Shown: positions 36,830 to 47,927 of the stretch, in pieces
How positions within the stretch are numbered: position 1 is the stretch's first letter
How the letters are laid out: each line of letters begins with the position of its first letter
Assembly (NCBI GenBank): GCA_964515545.1
Contig: CAZERI010000002.1
Span: 149,731-213,730 of the forward strand
From: an uncultured Gammaproteobacteria bacterium
Lineage (GTDB): Bacteria; Patescibacteriota; Microgenomatia; Levybacterales; UBA12049
Length of the DNA: 64,000 nt
Direction: 5' to 3'
Notes under the pieces: generated by a model
Seen by the model: only the letters and a program-made list of their open reading frames with translations
What the model was told of the DNA's origin: nothing
Database searches by the model: none
Translations under genes and position numbers: made by a program

Positions 36830-37879
36830 TTGAACTCACACTGTATCAGGAGTATAATACTGAATATGGCTGCACTTTTGGGGCTTACTATTCTTTCATT
36901 TTTTGTTAATATTATCCTCTTTGTTCCTTTCATAGATTTTTTGTACAGAGCTAAATTAAGGCGACAGCACCAGGAGACTCGTGATCTTTTTAATAACAGG
37001 ACGCCAATTTTTGATAAATTTCATAAGCTCAAGGCAGGGACTCCGGTAGGCGGTGGAATACTAATTATTGTTCTTACCTGCGTACTCACCATTTGGTCGT
37101 ATGGAATTTTAAATGTTCCCACTAAGGCGTGGGAGATGTTCGTTATTTTCTTCTCAATTATTACGTTTGGTGCATTAGGAATGCTTGATGACTGGAAGAA
37201 AATAGCTGATCCGACCCAAAAAAACGTTTTTTTCGGACTGCGTTTTAGGCATAAATTTATTATCCAGTGGATACTTGCATTAATTATTGCGACTGTTTTT
37301 TACTTTCAGTTAGGCTACTCATTTATTTACCTTCATGGGATAGGACTGATTAGTATTGGAGTCCTTTTTATTCCTTTTGCTGCATTTGTAATTGTATCTT
37401 TTGTTAATGCGGTGAATATCACAGATGGGCTTGATGGACTTGCTTCAGGGCTTTTAGTCATCTGTCTAGTGGGATTTTTGGCAATTAACTCTCAGCAGAT
37501 AGATAAGTCTCTTGGAGTATTTATCTCCATCCTTCTTGGATCAGTGATGGCATTTCTTTACTTTAATATTTATAAAGCAAGGATATGGCTTGGAGATGTC
37601 GGATCCCTTGCCTTAGGTGCTTCTCTAGCAGTTATTGGACTTTTAACAGGAAAGACAATCACCATTGGAGTTATTGGGGGAGTTTTTATCATAGAGATAG
37701 CTTCATCTCTTCTCCAAATCCTTAGCAAGAAGTACTTAAAAAGGAAGCTCTTTCCGGCTGCCCCTTTCCATTTGAATCTTCAGCAGCGCGGGTGGGAAGA
37801 GCCAAAGATTGTAATGCGTGCATGGCTAGTGGGTATCCTCTTTGCAGTATTGGGTGTTTACTTGGCATTCCTCTCTTAA
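36830..37879 (+). CDS. mraY: phospho-N-acetylmuramoyl-pentapeptide transferase MraY
   Basis: NAVNITDGLDGLASG and other MraY/WecA family motifs. 10 TM. True start may be the internal Met at 36866. Confidence 0.9.
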   Translation: MNSHCIRSIILNMAALLGLTILSFFVNIILFVPFIDFLYRAKLRRQHQETRDLFNNRTPIFDKFHKLKAGTPVGGGILIIVLTCVLTIWSYGILNVPTKAWEMFVIFFSIITFGALGMLDDWKKIADPTQKNVFFGLRFRHKFIIQWILALIIATVFYFQLGYSFIYLHGIGLISIGVLFIPFAAFVIVSFVNAVNITDGLDGLASGLLVICLVGFLAINSQQIDKSLGVFISILLGSVMAFLYFNIYKARIWLGDVGSLALGASLAVIGLLTGKTITIGVIGGVFIIEIASSLLQILSKKYLKRKLFPAAPFHLNLQQRGWEEPKIVMRAWLVGILFAVLGVYLAFLS

Positions 37880-37931
37880 GTGATTCTTCACTCGCAAGGA
37901 ACAGCTCTTTTTTATACAATAGAGAAAGATT

Positions 37932-39005
37932 ATGAAGCGAGTCGATCTTGTCCTACTGTGTACTACTCTTTTTCTAACGGTTTTTGGCCTCTTTATGATC
38001 TACGATGCTTCATCTGTTATTGCCTTTCGTGATTTTGCTGATAAGTACCATTACATCAAGGAGCAGTGTATTAATGCTCTTATCGGACTGAGTGCATTAA
38101 TTTTTTTGAGTTATTTTGATTATAAGAAGCTTTATAATTTTTCCATTCTTATTCTTATTGCAGCGATTGGAATGCTTGTAGGTGTATTTTTGCCTGGAGT
38201 TGGTATCTATGCATTAGGAGCGCATAGGTGGATTAATTTAGGTATTACAGTCTTGCAGCCTGCGGAGTTCGTCAAGCTAAGTCTAGCCATCTATCTGGCT
38301 GCGTGGTTTTCAACGAAAGAAAATGGCAGACTGTTAGCATTTGGATTACTGATGGGTTTTGTGCTGCTTCTTATCATGGCTCAGCCAGATATGGGTACTG
38401 CATCTATCATTCTGTTTGAGGCTGTTGTTCTTTATTTTTTATCAGGAGCAAGTATTATGCAGTTTTTGGTGATGATTCCGGTTATTGGTGTCGGTGGATT
38501 TCTCTTAGTTTTACTGGCTCCTTATAGACTTGCCCGTTTGACATCTTTTCTGAGCGTAGGAAGTGATATCAATAATGCCTCTTATCATGTTAAACAAATT
38601 CTTATCGCTCTTGGATCAGGCGGATTACTGGGTGTAGGAGCTGGAAACTCCTTACAAAAATTTGCGTATCTGCCTGAAAACGTTACTGATTCAATTTTTG
38701 CTATTATTGCAGAAGAGTTCGGTTTTTTGGGATCAGTTGCTCTTATGGCTCTCTTTGTAGTAGTTATGTGGCGGGGATTTATCATCTCCTCAAGAGCCAA
38801 AGATAATTTTGGCAGGCTTTTGGCAGCGGGTATAATTTGTTTTTTGGGAGTTCAGGCGGTCATTAACCTATCAGCTATGACTGCTCTTATTCCATTAACA
38901 GGCGTACCTCTTCCTTTTATTTCTTACGGCGGATCAGCTTTAATTGTAGATATGGGAGCGGTAGGGATCTTACTTAACATTTCAAAACAAGGAAAAAATT
39001 CATGA
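37932..39005 (+). CDS. ftsW: SEDS-family peptidoglycan glycosyltransferase FtsW
   Basis: LIMAQPDMGTASIIL and PLTGVPLPFISYGGSALI. dcw position between mraY and murG. Confidence 0.85.
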   Translation: MKRVDLVLLCTTLFLTVFGLFMIYDASSVIAFRDFADKYHYIKEQCINALIGLSALIFLSYFDYKKLYNFSILILIAAIGMLVGVFLPGVGIYALGAHRWINLGITVLQPAEFVKLSLAIYLAAWFSTKENGRLLAFGLLMGFVLLLIMAQPDMGTASIILFEAVVLYFLSGASIMQFLVMIPVIGVGGFLLVLLAPYRLARLTSFLSVGSDINNASYHVKQILIALGSGGLLGVGAGNSLQKFAYLPENVTDSIFAIIAEEFGFLGSVALMALFVVVMWRGFIISSRAKDNFGRLLAAGIICFLGVQAVINLSAMTALIPLTGVPLPFISYGGSALIVDMGAVGILLNISKQGKNS

Positions 39006-40129
39006 AAATAGTTATTGTCGGTGGGCATTTATCACCAGCACTCGGAGTTATTGATGCTTTATCTAAAAATGATACGGTGGTATTTATCGGTCGCAAATTT
39101 GCCATGGAGGGAGATAAAGCACCATCTCTTGAATATGAAGAAATAACCGGAAGAAAAATCCCTTTTAGGTCTTTAACAACTGCCCGAATTCAACGGAGGA
39201 TTACTTCCAAAACTGTTTCCTCGCTTGCCAAGCTGCCGATTGGCCTTTACCAGGCAGTGACTTACCTCAGGGAGGAGAACCCTGATGTCGTGTTAGGTTT
39301 TGGGGGATATTTATCTCTGCCTGTGGGATATGCTGCCAAGATGCTAGGTATCCCTCTTGTCATTCATGAGCAGACGTTACAGGCAGGACTTGCCAATAAA
39401 ATCTTAGGTAAAATTGCTGATAAGGTCTGTATCTCATGGGAGACATCGTCTCATTTTTTCCCGAAAAATAAAGTAGTCGTTACAGGTAATCCACTCAAAG
39501 AATTTGTGGGAGATAGTTTCTCATTCAGTTTTAAAAGAAGTGATTCCTCTTTACCGCTTATTTATGTGACAGGAGGGAGTACTGGGTCTCATGCCATAAA
39601 TGAACTAGTAGGAGAGTCGCTGTCTGAGCTTCTCGTACAGTATCGGATTATCCATCAGACGGGGGACTCAAGACAATTTAAAGACTATGATAGACTCAGC
39701 AAAAAGAAAGAAGAGCTCCCTCCTAACCTTCAAAGCCGATACATAATCGAAAAATTTATTTCTTCAAGAGATATAGGAGGAGTCTTTAAAGAAGCAAGTG
39801 TCATCGTCAGCCGATCTGGTATCAATACAGTAAGTGAGTTAATGTATTTTGGTAAACCAGCTCTTCTTATTCCTCTTCCGCATGGGCAGAAAGATGAGCA
39901 GGCAACCAACGCACGATTTTTGCAAAATTTAGGAATGGCATTAGTACTCCCCCAAGAGACAGCCACTCCCGCTATTTTTCAAAAATCACTTGAGCAGCTA
40001 GTAAAAGATAAAGATGAGTATTTATCTCATGTAAAGGAAGCCCGCCAGCTACTGCATCCACGTGCTGCTTTCGAGATAATTCATACGCTTTCATATGTGG
40101 TCAACAAGAAGAGTTCTCAGAAGAGATAA
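39002..40129 (+). CDS. murG: undecaprenyldiphospho-muramoylpentapeptide beta-N-acetylglucosaminyltransferase MurG (GT28)
   Basis: MKIVIVGGHLSPALGVIDAL and GGYLSLPVGYAAKMLGIPLVIHEQT. C-terminal UDP-GlcNAc binding domain. Confidence 0.85.
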   Translation: MKIVIVGGHLSPALGVIDALSKNDTVVFIGRKFAMEGDKAPSLEYEEITGRKIPFRSLTTARIQRRITSKTVSSLAKLPIGLYQAVTYLREENPDVVLGFGGYLSLPVGYAAKMLGIPLVIHEQTLQAGLANKILGKIADKVCISWETSSHFFPKNKVVVTGNPLKEFVGDSFSFSFKRSDSSLPLIYVTGGSTGSHAINELVGESLSELLVQYRIIHQTGDSRQFKDYDRLSKKKEELPPNLQSRYIIEKFISSRDIGGVFKEASVIVSRSGINTVSELMYFGKPALLIPLPHGQKDEQATNARFLQNLGMALVLPQETATPAIFQKSLEQLVKDKDEYLSHVKEARQLLHPRAAFEIIHTLSYVVNKKSSQKR

Positions 40130-40538
40130 AAAACAGCTCAATAAAAAACGTATCCTCCTTCTTAGTATACTTTCAGGGTTAGTAGGAGTGATCTGTGTTA
40201 TTCTGGGTGTTATTGTTCTGTCTCGTGAGCCGGTATTTATCAGTCCTCTCCCTTTTTTAAGGTCATTAGGACTGGCATCTACCAATGATGCCAGTAAAAA
40301 GAAAATTCAGGATTTTATGAAAGCTCAGAATATACCATATAAGGATATCTCGTTGGCAGGTAAAACAACCTATATTATAAAGATGACTGAGAACGGAAAC
40401 GCTTACATAACAACGAATAAAGATGTTTCTGAACAATTATCCTCTTTACAAAGAATCCACTCACGACTTACAATGGAAGGTAAGAAGTTTACGAGGCTTG
40501 ATCTACGTTACGACAAGCCCGTTATTGTATTGCAATGA
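40095..40538 (+). CDS. FtsQ/DivIB-like cell division protein (short, TM + POTRA-like)
   Basis: Single TM (ILLLSILSGLVGVICVILGVIVL) followed by a small beta-rich domain. Occupies the ftsQ slot between murG and ftsA. Confidence 0.4.
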   Translation: MWSTRRVLRRDKKQLNKKRILLLSILSGLVGVICVILGVIVLSREPVFISPLPFLRSLGLASTNDASKKKIQDFMKAQNIPYKDISLAGKTTYIIKMTENGNAYITTNKDVSEQLSSLQRIHSRLTMEGKKFTRLDLRYDKPVIVLQ

Positions 40539-41827
40539 AATCACAACAGGAAGGAAAAATTGTCGTCGGAATTGACGTTGGAACCTATAAAATAGTATCA
40601 CTTATTGCTAAGGTAGATGAATTTGTTAACATCCTGGGTGTATCTGAAGTTAAATCTGCAGGTATCCGTAAAGGACAGATTGTCGATATAGAGGAAGCAG
40701 TCCATGCTATTAATTCATCACTTGAGGCAGCTGAGAGGATGGCGGGCTATTCTGCTTCGCATGTCTTTGCCTCAATTGGCGGAAATCAAATAGATAGCCA
40801 GAATTCACGGGGTGTTGTGGCTGTCTCAACTCCACAGGGGGAAATTACCCAAAATGACCTCAGCCGTGTTATTGATGCTGCTAAGGCTATCTCTCTTCCT
40901 TCAACCAGAGAAATTATCCATGTGCTTCCACGTAATTATATAGTTGATGGCCAGGAGGGTATTAAAGATCCGATTGGTATGTCAGGAGTCAGGCTTGAGG
41001 TAGATACTCATATTATTACTGCTAATAGTATTGCAGTACGCAACTTAGATAAAGCTTTCTCTGAAGTCGGTGTGGATGTGAATAGTTATGTATTTAATGG
41101 ATATGCCAGTTCGCTTTCAATTCTTTCTGACACTGAACGTGAATTAGGAGTAGTACTTGTCGATATAGGAGCAGGAACTACCGATATTTCAATCTATACG
41201 GAAGGATCGGTAGCGTATTCGTCAGTTCTGGCAATTGGGGCTCGTCATATTACTAATGATTTAGCTATCGGGCTTCGAATTTCTCTTGAGAGTGCAGAAA
41301 AAATTAAATTATTTCTCTCCGAACAGGCACATCATAGAGTACTCAGGCCTGATGATGATGAGAAAAGAGAAAAGCCAAGTGATGAGATAGATCTATCTTC
41401 ATTAAACCTGCCTGAAGAAGTGCGGAAGGTTTCCTACAAAACACTTGTTGATGGCATTATTCGTCCAAGGATGAATGAGATATTTACTATGATTGGAATT
41501 GAGATTAAAAAAAGTGGATATGGCGGGCAGACTCCAGCAGGGCTCGTACTAACAGGCGGGGGTGCTATGACTGTTGGAATTAAAGATGCTGCTAAGAGAA
41601 TGCTGGCTATGCCTGTTCGGGTAGGGACGCCGTCAGATCTCAAAGGAATCGTAGATGAAGTACAGAATCCAGCCTACGCTAGTGTCGTTGGACTTCTCAT
41701 GTATGGAGCAAAGAATGATACGAGTAAGCTCTCAGGCGGATTTGGCTTTTCTATGCCTAAAGTACCGGGAGGATCAAATCAGTTAATGAAGAAAATAATT
41801 GAGTTAATTAAGTCGTTTATCCCATAA
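40535..41827 (+). CDS. ftsA: cell division protein FtsA
   Basis: IVVGIDVGTYKIVSL actin-fold phosphate-1 motif, DIGAGTTD phosphate-2, C-terminal amphipathic tail. Confidence 0.9.
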   Translation: MKSQQEGKIVVGIDVGTYKIVSLIAKVDEFVNILGVSEVKSAGIRKGQIVDIEEAVHAINSSLEAAERMAGYSASHVFASIGGNQIDSQNSRGVVAVSTPQGEITQNDLSRVIDAAKAISLPSTREIIHVLPRNYIVDGQEGIKDPIGMSGVRLEVDTHIITANSIAVRNLDKAFSEVGVDVNSYVFNGYASSLSILSDTERELGVVLVDIGAGTTDISIYTEGSVAYSSVLAIGARHITNDLAIGLRISLESAEKIKLFLSEQAHHRVLRPDDDEKREKPSDEIDLSSLNLPEEVRKVSYKTLVDGIIRPRMNEIFTMIGIEIKKSGYGGQTPAGLVLTGGGAMTVGIKDAAKRMLAMPVRVGTPSDLKGIVDEVQNPAYASVVGLLMYGAKNDTSKLSGGFGFSMPKVPGGSNQLMKKIIELIKSFIP

Positions 41828-41882
41828 CTTTGAAAAAAGTTCTTATCTCTACTCTTGCAAAGAAATATAGTATCTGTTAGGA

Positions 41883-43085
41883 TTGGCTCGTATGCTGATT
41901 CGTCCTCAGACTTCAAATTTTGCCAAAATTCGTGTTATCGGAGTCGGCGGTGGTGGTGGTAATGCTATCTCCTCAATGATCACCCAAAGTAATATCCAGG
42001 GAGTGGAATTTGTAGCTATTAATACTGACGCGCAGGCTCTTCTTCGCAATCCAGCATCAACAAAAGTTCAAGTAGGAGAAAACCTTACCAAAGGTCTCGG
42101 AAGCGGTGGCGATCCAGAAATAGGCCGTCAAGCAGCTGAGGAGTCAGCGGAGAAGATTAAGGATATGCTGGAAGGCTCTGATATGGTCTTCCTGACTGCA
42201 GGGATGGGAGGAGGCTCCGGAACAGGCGCTACCCCTATTGTAGCCAAGATTGCCAAGGAAGTTGGGGCTCTCACAGTAGCTGTTGTTACCAAGCCATTTT
42301 CTTTTGAGGGAACTCGTCGTATGGTCGCAGCTGAAGAGGGAATTGAGAATCTTAAAGATAAGGTAGATACATTAATCGTAATTCCTAATCAGCGTATTAT
42401 GGATGTAGTCGATCGTAAGCTTTCCCTTCTTGAAGCATTTAAAGTAGCTGACTCAGTTCTTGGGCAAGGAGTACAGGGGATATCTGAAATTATCACCATG
42501 CCTGGTCTGGTTAATGTCGACTTTGCTGATGTACGGACTATTATGTCAAATGCTGGCTCTGCTTTAATGGGTATCGGGACTGGCATAGGCGAGAATAGAG
42601 CACAGGCTGCAGCACGAGCTGCAATTGCTTCACCGCTTCTTGAAGTTACGATGGATGGAGCCAGAGGAGTTCTCTTTAATATCGTCGGCGGTAATGATCT
42701 GACTATGACTGAAGTCGATGAAGCAGCTAAGATCATCAGTAGCTCTGCCGATCCGGATGCAAATATCATCTTTGGAGCAACGATTGATGAGACCATGCAC
42801 GATCAGATCCGCATCACTGTTGTGGCAACTGGTTTTGATCAAACTAAGCAGCGTCTCCAGCAATTCGTCGCTCCCCATTATCAAAGGCAGTCAGCTCCGG
42901 AGCCTCTTCCTAATCCATTTGTTACACAAGGGTCAGCATCTTCTTATACAGAGGATAGTCATCAGCAGGGAGAAGAGACATATCCTGAAGAACAGAAGTC
43001 GGCTCCACAGAGTTCCCAGCCTCAGCAGAAAGAATCAGAAGAAGATGAGTGGGATATACCTGCATTTCTAAGACAGAGGAATTGA
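41883..43085 (+). CDS. ftsZ: cell division GTPase FtsZ
   Basis: [12 protein letters not shown] tubulin signature, NTDAQAL, C-terminal conserved peptide [13 protein letters not shown] at 41883 or ATG at 41892 as start. Confidence 0.95.
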   Translation: MARMLIRPQTSNFAKIRVIGVGGGGGNAISSMITQSNIQGVEFVAINTDAQALLRNPASTKVQVGENLTKGLGSGGDPEIGRQAAEESAEKIKDMLEGSDMVFLTAGMGGGSGTGATPIVAKIAKEVGALTVAVVTKPFSFEGTRRMVAAEEGIENLKDKVDTLIVIPNQRIMDVVDRKLSLLEAFKVADSVLGQGVQGISEIITMPGLVNVDFADVRTIMSNAGSALMGIGTGIGENRAQAAARAAIASPLLEVTMDGARGVLFNIVGGNDLTMTEVDEAAKIISSSADPDANIIFGATIDETMHDQIRITVVATGFDQTKQRLQQFVAPHYQRQSAPEPLPNPFVTQGSASSYTEDSHQQGEETYPEEQKSAPQSSQPQQKESEEDEWDIPAFLRQRN

Positions 43086-43146
43086 TTACTTAGTCCCATC
43101 TTCATACTGATAGAGTGCCCGCTTCTTCTTACAGAGGAGATAGAAC

Positions 43147-44295
43147 CTATCGTGGCTTCTTATCTTTGAGGATCTTTTTATATACCTCTATGTAGCTCCG
43201 GGTCATTTTTTCAACTGTATAGTGCTCTTTTACTCTTTCCCTGCATGCTTTTCGCATTTCTTTATACTCTGTTTCACTCATTGCATAGATCCTATTAATG
43301 GCTTCACAAAATCCTTCGATACCAGTCTTTTTTATGATGAAATCGCCCTTTGATTCCTCAGGTGAAGGGTTAACGATAAATCCAGTCACTCCATCCATTA
43401 TCACCTCAGGTGCAGATCCTCTAGCATACGCAATAACCGGTGTTCCGCTAGCCATAGCCTCAATAAGTACCAGTCCAAATGGCTCTTCCCAATGGATAGG
43501 GAAGAGAAAAATTTTACTTTTTTGAAATTCATGAGCGAGTTTATGTCTGCTTACCGAATTTTTAACACCAAAATTAGGATCATGGGGACGCTTCTTCTCA
43601 ACAATTTCTCTAAACCATAAGGGAGTTTCCTGCTTCATAAGCGGGAAAATGGAGAGAGGTTTTTTGGATTTTGCTACTATTTTTGGTAAGTCATGAATGC
43701 CTTTTTCTCTGATAGCTCTTCCTGCCCATATCATAGAGTCCCCACCATCTGAATCGAATTTCCACGTCCTTTTAATATCAATTCCATGAGGAATTGTCTC
43801 CACATAGTTTATCCCCGGTAGTGGCAATCGCTGAGCAGATGAGAGAGAGACAAAGTAGAGATTAGGTAAGTTATTAAAAAGAGAGAGGTATTTCTTAGTA
43901 TATTTCTCTTCCAGAAAACTTCCATGCATAGTAATAAGAATAGGTTTGGTAACAAATGGAGCAAGAGGGAGGACAGTATCGCCATTGCCAATATTCACAT
44001 GAAATATATCAAATGATTTCTGCATACTAAATGCTTTAGAGACAAGTGCCATTTCAAATGTTTTGTGATGTTCAATCCCTATCGCTTTATCACTAAGAGA
44101 AGATTGATAGTTGATACTCTCTACTTTAACCGGTAATTCTGAGTCACCTGAAGCAAAAGCAGTAATCTGAAGATTAAATCGTCTGGAGAGACGCTTTAAT
44201 TGCTGGATAAGGATATAAACATAGATTTCTGTACCTTTTTTAGTATGCCGATTTATTGAAACAAAGTTAGAATTAACAATAGCCAATTTTATCAT
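43147..44295 (-). CDS. GT4 (group 1) glycosyltransferase
   Basis: EPFGLVLIEAMASGTPVIAYARGSAPEVI C-terminal GT4 motif. Confidence 0.85.
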   Translation of the reverse strand: MIKLAIVNSNFVSINRHTKKGTEIYVYILIQQLKRLSRRFNLQITAFASGDSELPVKVESINYQSSLSDKAIGIEHHKTFEMALVSKAFSMQKSFDIFHVNIGNGDTVLPLAPFVTKPILITMHGSFLEEKYTKKYLSLFNNLPNLYFVSLSSAQRLPLPGINYVETIPHGIDIKRTWKFDSDGGDSMIWAGRAIREKGIHDLPKIVAKSKKPLSIFPLMKQETPLWFREIVEKKRPHDPNFGVKNSVSRHKLAHEFQKSKIFLFPIHWEEPFGLVLIEAMASGTPVIAYARGSAPEVIMDGVTGFIVNPSPEESKGDFIIKKTGIEGFCEAINRIYAMSETEYKEMRKACRERVKEHYTVEKMTRSYIEVYKKILKDKKPR

Positions 44296-44328
44296 TACAT
44301 ATAGTTTATCAGATCAAAAACTTAGGAC

Positions 44329-45594
44329 TTATTGCGTTCCTTCATTCCAGGAGGAGAGGTATTTTTTCTGTTGAGGAGTAAGCTTGTCAATTTGAATATC
44401 CATAGCTTTTAGTTTTAGGCTTGCTACCTGGATGTCTAATTTTTTAGGCAGAACATAGACTTTATTTTCTAATTTTCCTTTGTTATGGACGAACCACTCA
44501 GCAGAAAGAGCCTGATTTGCAAAGCTCATATCCATCACTTCTGCCGGATGGCCTTCTGCTGCAGCGAGATTTACCAGTCGTCCCTCTCCTGCAACATAGA
44601 TTTTTTTACCACTTTTAAGAATATATTCGTCAAGCTGATGTCGGATTCTCCTTTTTGATTTTTTTTCTTTCTCGAGTCCTGCCATGTCTATCTCCACATC
44701 AAAGTGGCCGGAATTAGCAACGACAGCTCCGTCTTTCATTGTTTTCATATGACTGAGACTGAGGACATGCTTATCTCCAGTGGCTGAGATGAAGATATCA
44801 CCATTTTTTGCAGCCTGAGCCATGGGCATGACAGAAAAACCATCCATGGCTGCTTCTAATGCTCGAATTGGATCGACTTCTGTTACTATGACGATACCTC
44901 CTAGCCCGCGTGCTCTCTCTGCAATCCCGCGGGAACACCAGCCATAACCAGCAACTACGACAATTTTCCCTGCAATGAGAAGGTTAGTGGCGCGTATTAC
45001 CCCATCAAGTGTAGACTGACCCGTTCCATACCGATTATCAAACATATGCTTGGTATCAGAGTCATTAACAGCGATAACAGGGAGGCGGAGGGCTTTGTCT
45101 TTTTCCATGGCTTTAAGCCGGATAACTCCTGTGGTGGTCTCTTCACTTGAGCCATAAATCTCAGACAGCTGCTTTTGTCTTTTGGTGTGGAGGAGAGAGA
45201 CGAGATCTGCTCCGTCATCCATTGTAATGTGAGGGTGATAGTCCAAAACTGTATTAAGATGTTCGTAGTAAGTTTTGTTATCCTCTCCTTTAATAGCAAA
45301 AGTAGGGATGTCAAAATCAAGAGCCAGAGAGGCAGCTACGCTATCTTGGGTAGAGAGTGGATTTGAGGCGCACGCGACAACTTTAGCACCACCTGCTTTT
45401 AAGGTAGTAAGAAGATTAGCTGTCTCTGAGGTGATATGGAGACAGGCAGCAATAGTAAGATTTTTAAAGGGTTTTTCTTTCTCGAAACGATCTCTAATAG
45501 TACGGAGGACTGACATTTGCTCTCCTGCCCATTCTATTTTTAGTTTTCCTTCTTTGGAGAGAGTCTTATCTTTAATGTCAAACTTTTTATCCAT
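44329..45594 (-). CDS. ahcY: adenosylhomocysteinase (S-adenosyl-L-homocysteine hydrolase)
   Basis: [25 protein letters not shown]-binding GYGWCSRG, about 421 aa. Confidence 0.9.
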   Translation of the reverse strand: MDKKFDIKDKTLSKEGKLKIEWAGEQMSVLRTIRDRFEKEKPFKNLTIAACLHITSETANLLTTLKAGGAKVVACASNPLSTQDSVAASLALDFDIPTFAIKGEDNKTYYEHLNTVLDYHPHITMDDGADLVSLLHTKRQKQLSEIYGSSEETTTGVIRLKAMEKDKALRLPVIAVNDSDTKHMFDNRYGTGQSTLDGVIRATNLLIAGKIVVVAGYGWCSRGIAERARGLGGIVIVTEVDPIRALEAAMDGFSVMPMAQAAKNGDIFISATGDKHVLSLSHMKTMKDGAVVANSGHFDVEIDMAGLEKEKKSKRRIRHQLDEYILKSGKKIYVAGEGRLVNLAAAEGHPAEVMDMSFANQALSAEWFVHNKGKLENKVYVLPKKLDIQVASLKLKAMDIQIDKLTPQQKKYLSSWNEGTQ

Positions 45595-45600
45595 GAGGAA

Positions 45601-46533
45601 CTATAAATGTAGCAAAGATCCATAAGCCTGTCTATAGGTTTTTCTAAATTCTTTTATAGTAAAAGTATGCTCCTGAGTGCCGAATTTAGCTACCGCAAAC
45701 GCTCCTGCAACTGCTCCCATTTGACCACAGGTGAGGAGATCATAATTCCTTTGCATACCTGCCAAGAAACCGCCTCTCCATGCATCTCCTGCGCCTGTTG
45801 TCGAGACAATAGCTTCAAGCTTAACCGGCTTTATCATGATTTTTTTGCCTTTATCGCTTATCTCAGCTCCTTTATCTCCCTGTGTAGTAATAATAATTTT
45901 TTGTTTAAGGAGTTCTTTAAAATTTTTAACTCTTGATCTAATCAAATTTATCTCGTATTCATTGCCGATAATAATCTTAGCATGATTCATCCCAAGACTG
46001 AGATCTCGGTTTGAGACTTCAGTTAGGATAAATCCAGGGTCGAACATGTATGGAATGTGATAGGTAATACACTGTCTAATAAAGTTGAGTGAACCTTGAG
46101 CACCTTGAGGTCCAATGAGGACAAGATCAATTGGTTCTTTGATCATGGCAAGATCAAGCTTTGTGTTCTTAGCTCCAGCACCATAATAATATCCCCAAAT
46201 TTGATTTTGGGTTTTATCCGTCATAGCAAAACCCGTAGCAGTATGTTCATCTTTCTCAATAAAAACATACGAAGTATTTATTTTTAGCTGGGTAAATTTT
46301 TTCTTATAATCTCTGAAATCGTTACCTGCATATGAGAGCAGAAGGTGAGGAGTTTTGAGTAGACCCAAGGTATATGAGGCATTACCAGCTGTGCCTCCAC
46401 GTCGTCTGGCAAATTTGTTAACAATAAAAGACAGGTTAATGTTATGCGTCTGATCAGGAAGGATGTAATCTCCAAAACTTCCTGGGAACTCCATGATATA
46501 GTCATATGCTAAAGATCCTGTCACAACAATCAT
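45601..46533 (-). CDS. PfkB-family carbohydrate/nucleoside kinase (ribokinase/adenosine kinase-like)
   Basis: N-terminal GG motif (RRGGTAGNASY) and C-terminal TTGAGDAWRGGF (DTxGAGD anion hole). Confidence 0.8.
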   Translation of the reverse strand: MIVVTGSLAYDYIMEFPGSFGDYILPDQTHNINLSFIVNKFARRRGGTAGNASYTLGLLKTPHLLLSYAGNDFRDYKKKFTQLKINTSYVFIEKDEHTATGFAMTDKTQNQIWGYYYGAGAKNTKLDLAMIKEPIDLVLIGPQGAQGSLNFIRQCITYHIPYMFDPGFILTEVSNRDLSLGMNHAKIIIGNEYEINLIRSRVKNFKELLKQKIIITTQGDKGAEISDKGKKIMIKPVKLEAIVSTTGAGDAWRGGFLAGMQRNYDLLTCGQMGAVAGAFAVAKFGTQEHTFTIKEFRKTYRQAYGSLLHL

Positions 46534-46574
46534 TTTTCTATTGTATGAAAAACAGTGTTAAATAACTAGGGGAG

Positions 46575-47927
46575 TTACTCAAGAGGGAAAGAATCGTCGT
46601 AATGAGGGAGAATGATATCTGTTATACCGAGTTCTTTTCCTATTCTTTCCCGAAGGGCTTCCTGTTGGTGAATTTCTCCATGTGTTAAAAAGACTTTTTT
46701 CACTCCTTTAATATGCTGCAGCCAGGTAATAAGCTTTGGCTGGTCTGCGTGAGAGCTGAGTGTCTTAATCTCGCTGACTTTTGCCCTTATAGGGATAGAT
46801 ATTTTATTAATAACGACATTTTGGGCTCCTTCTAAAATTTGTCTGCCGATTGTCTCCTCTGCTTGGTAGCCGACAAAAAGTATCCTGGTCGTTGCCAGAG
46901 GGAGGTAGTTAGCAGCATGTTGCATGATGCGTCCTCCAGACATCATGCCTGATCCGGCGATAATTACTTTCGGTCCTGGAGATTTGATGATATCTTTACT
47001 ATCTCTCACATCATCCGTTATTACCAGGCCTTCGAAGTTAAAGGGGATATCAGTATGGCTTTTGATCTCGTCATTATAATAATCCTTAAAGTCCAGATAA
47101 GCCTGGGTAGCGTTAATTCCCATAGGACTATCTAAAAATACCGGAGTATCAGCCTTTACTTTTTTGTCTTTTTTTAAGTGATGGATGATATGGAGCAGTT
47201 CTTGAGTCCTCTCAATTGAGAAAGCCGGAATAAGAAGTGTCCCGCCTGACTCCTCCACAGCATTTATCTCCCGTTGGACTATCTCATCGGGATCTTCGTC
47301 GGGGTGGCTCGAATCACCGTATGTCGATTCCATTACCACAAAATCGGCTGAATCACTGTATTCTGTAGGTTTGACGATAGATTGAGGAGTATTTCCTAAG
47401 TCACCACTAAAAATAATCTTGTTATTGTTCTCCTTTGTGCTATCAATAATCTCAATTGATGAGGATCCTAAGATATGCCCAGCATCTCTAAAAGTAGCCT
47501 TGAAGCTGCCGACTATTACCTCCTCATCATAGGATACGGTCTGTATCATATTCATAGTCTTCCAAACCTCTTCAGTCGTATAGATAGGGTGCTTTGGGTT
47601 ATCTTTTTCTGCAACATGAGCTGCGTCATTGAGGATAATCTCAACGAGGGCACGTGTCGCCTCAGTCATATAGATCTTTCCTTTAAATCCACCAAAAACA
47701 AGAAGAGGGAGTCTGCCACAATGATCTAGATGGGCATGAGTAAGAAAGACTGCCTTAAGCCCTGATGGAGAGAAGGGGAGAGGAAGATAATTACGCTCCT
47801 CTGATTTGTCGCTTCCCTGGAACATACCAAAATCAACAAGAATTTGTTCTAACTCAGAAGAGGTGAGAAGGTAGCAGGATCCCGTTACTTCACCATTTAC
47901 ACCACCCACAAACTCAATAGACTTCAT
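46575..47927 (-). CDS. beta-CASP family metallo-beta-lactamase-fold ribonuclease (RNase J/CPSF73-like)
   Basis: THAHLDHCG (HxHxDH). MBL and beta-CASP spacing of later His/Asp. About 450 aa. Confidence 0.7.
   Translation of the reverse strand: MKSIEFVGGVNGEVTGSCYLLTSSELEQILVDFGMFQGSDKSEERNYLPLPFSPSGLKAVFLTHAHLDHCGRLPLLVFGGFKGKIYMTEATRALVEIILNDAAHVAEKDNPKHPIYTTEEVWKTMNMIQTVSYDEEVIVGSFKATFRDAGHILGSSSIEIIDSTKENNNKIIFSGDLGNTPQSIVKPTEYSDSADFVVMESTYGDSSHPDEDPDEIVQREINAVEESGGTLLIPAFSIERTQELLHIIHHLKKDKKVKADTPVFLDSPMGINATQAYLDFKDYYNDEIKSHTDIPFNFEGLVITDDVRDSKDIIKSPGPKVIIAGSGMMSGGRIMQHAANYLPLATTRILFVGYQAEETIGRQILEGAQNVVINKISIPIRAKVSEIKTLSSHADQPKLITWLQHIKGVKKVFLTHGEIHQQEALRERIGKELGITDIILPHYDDSFPLE

Noticed and set aside
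42389-43071. ORFs 42389..42796 (-), 42630..42884 (-) and 42718..43071 (+) inside ftsZ
   Set aside because: They lie entirely within the highly conserved ftsZ reading frame, in antisense or alternate frames.
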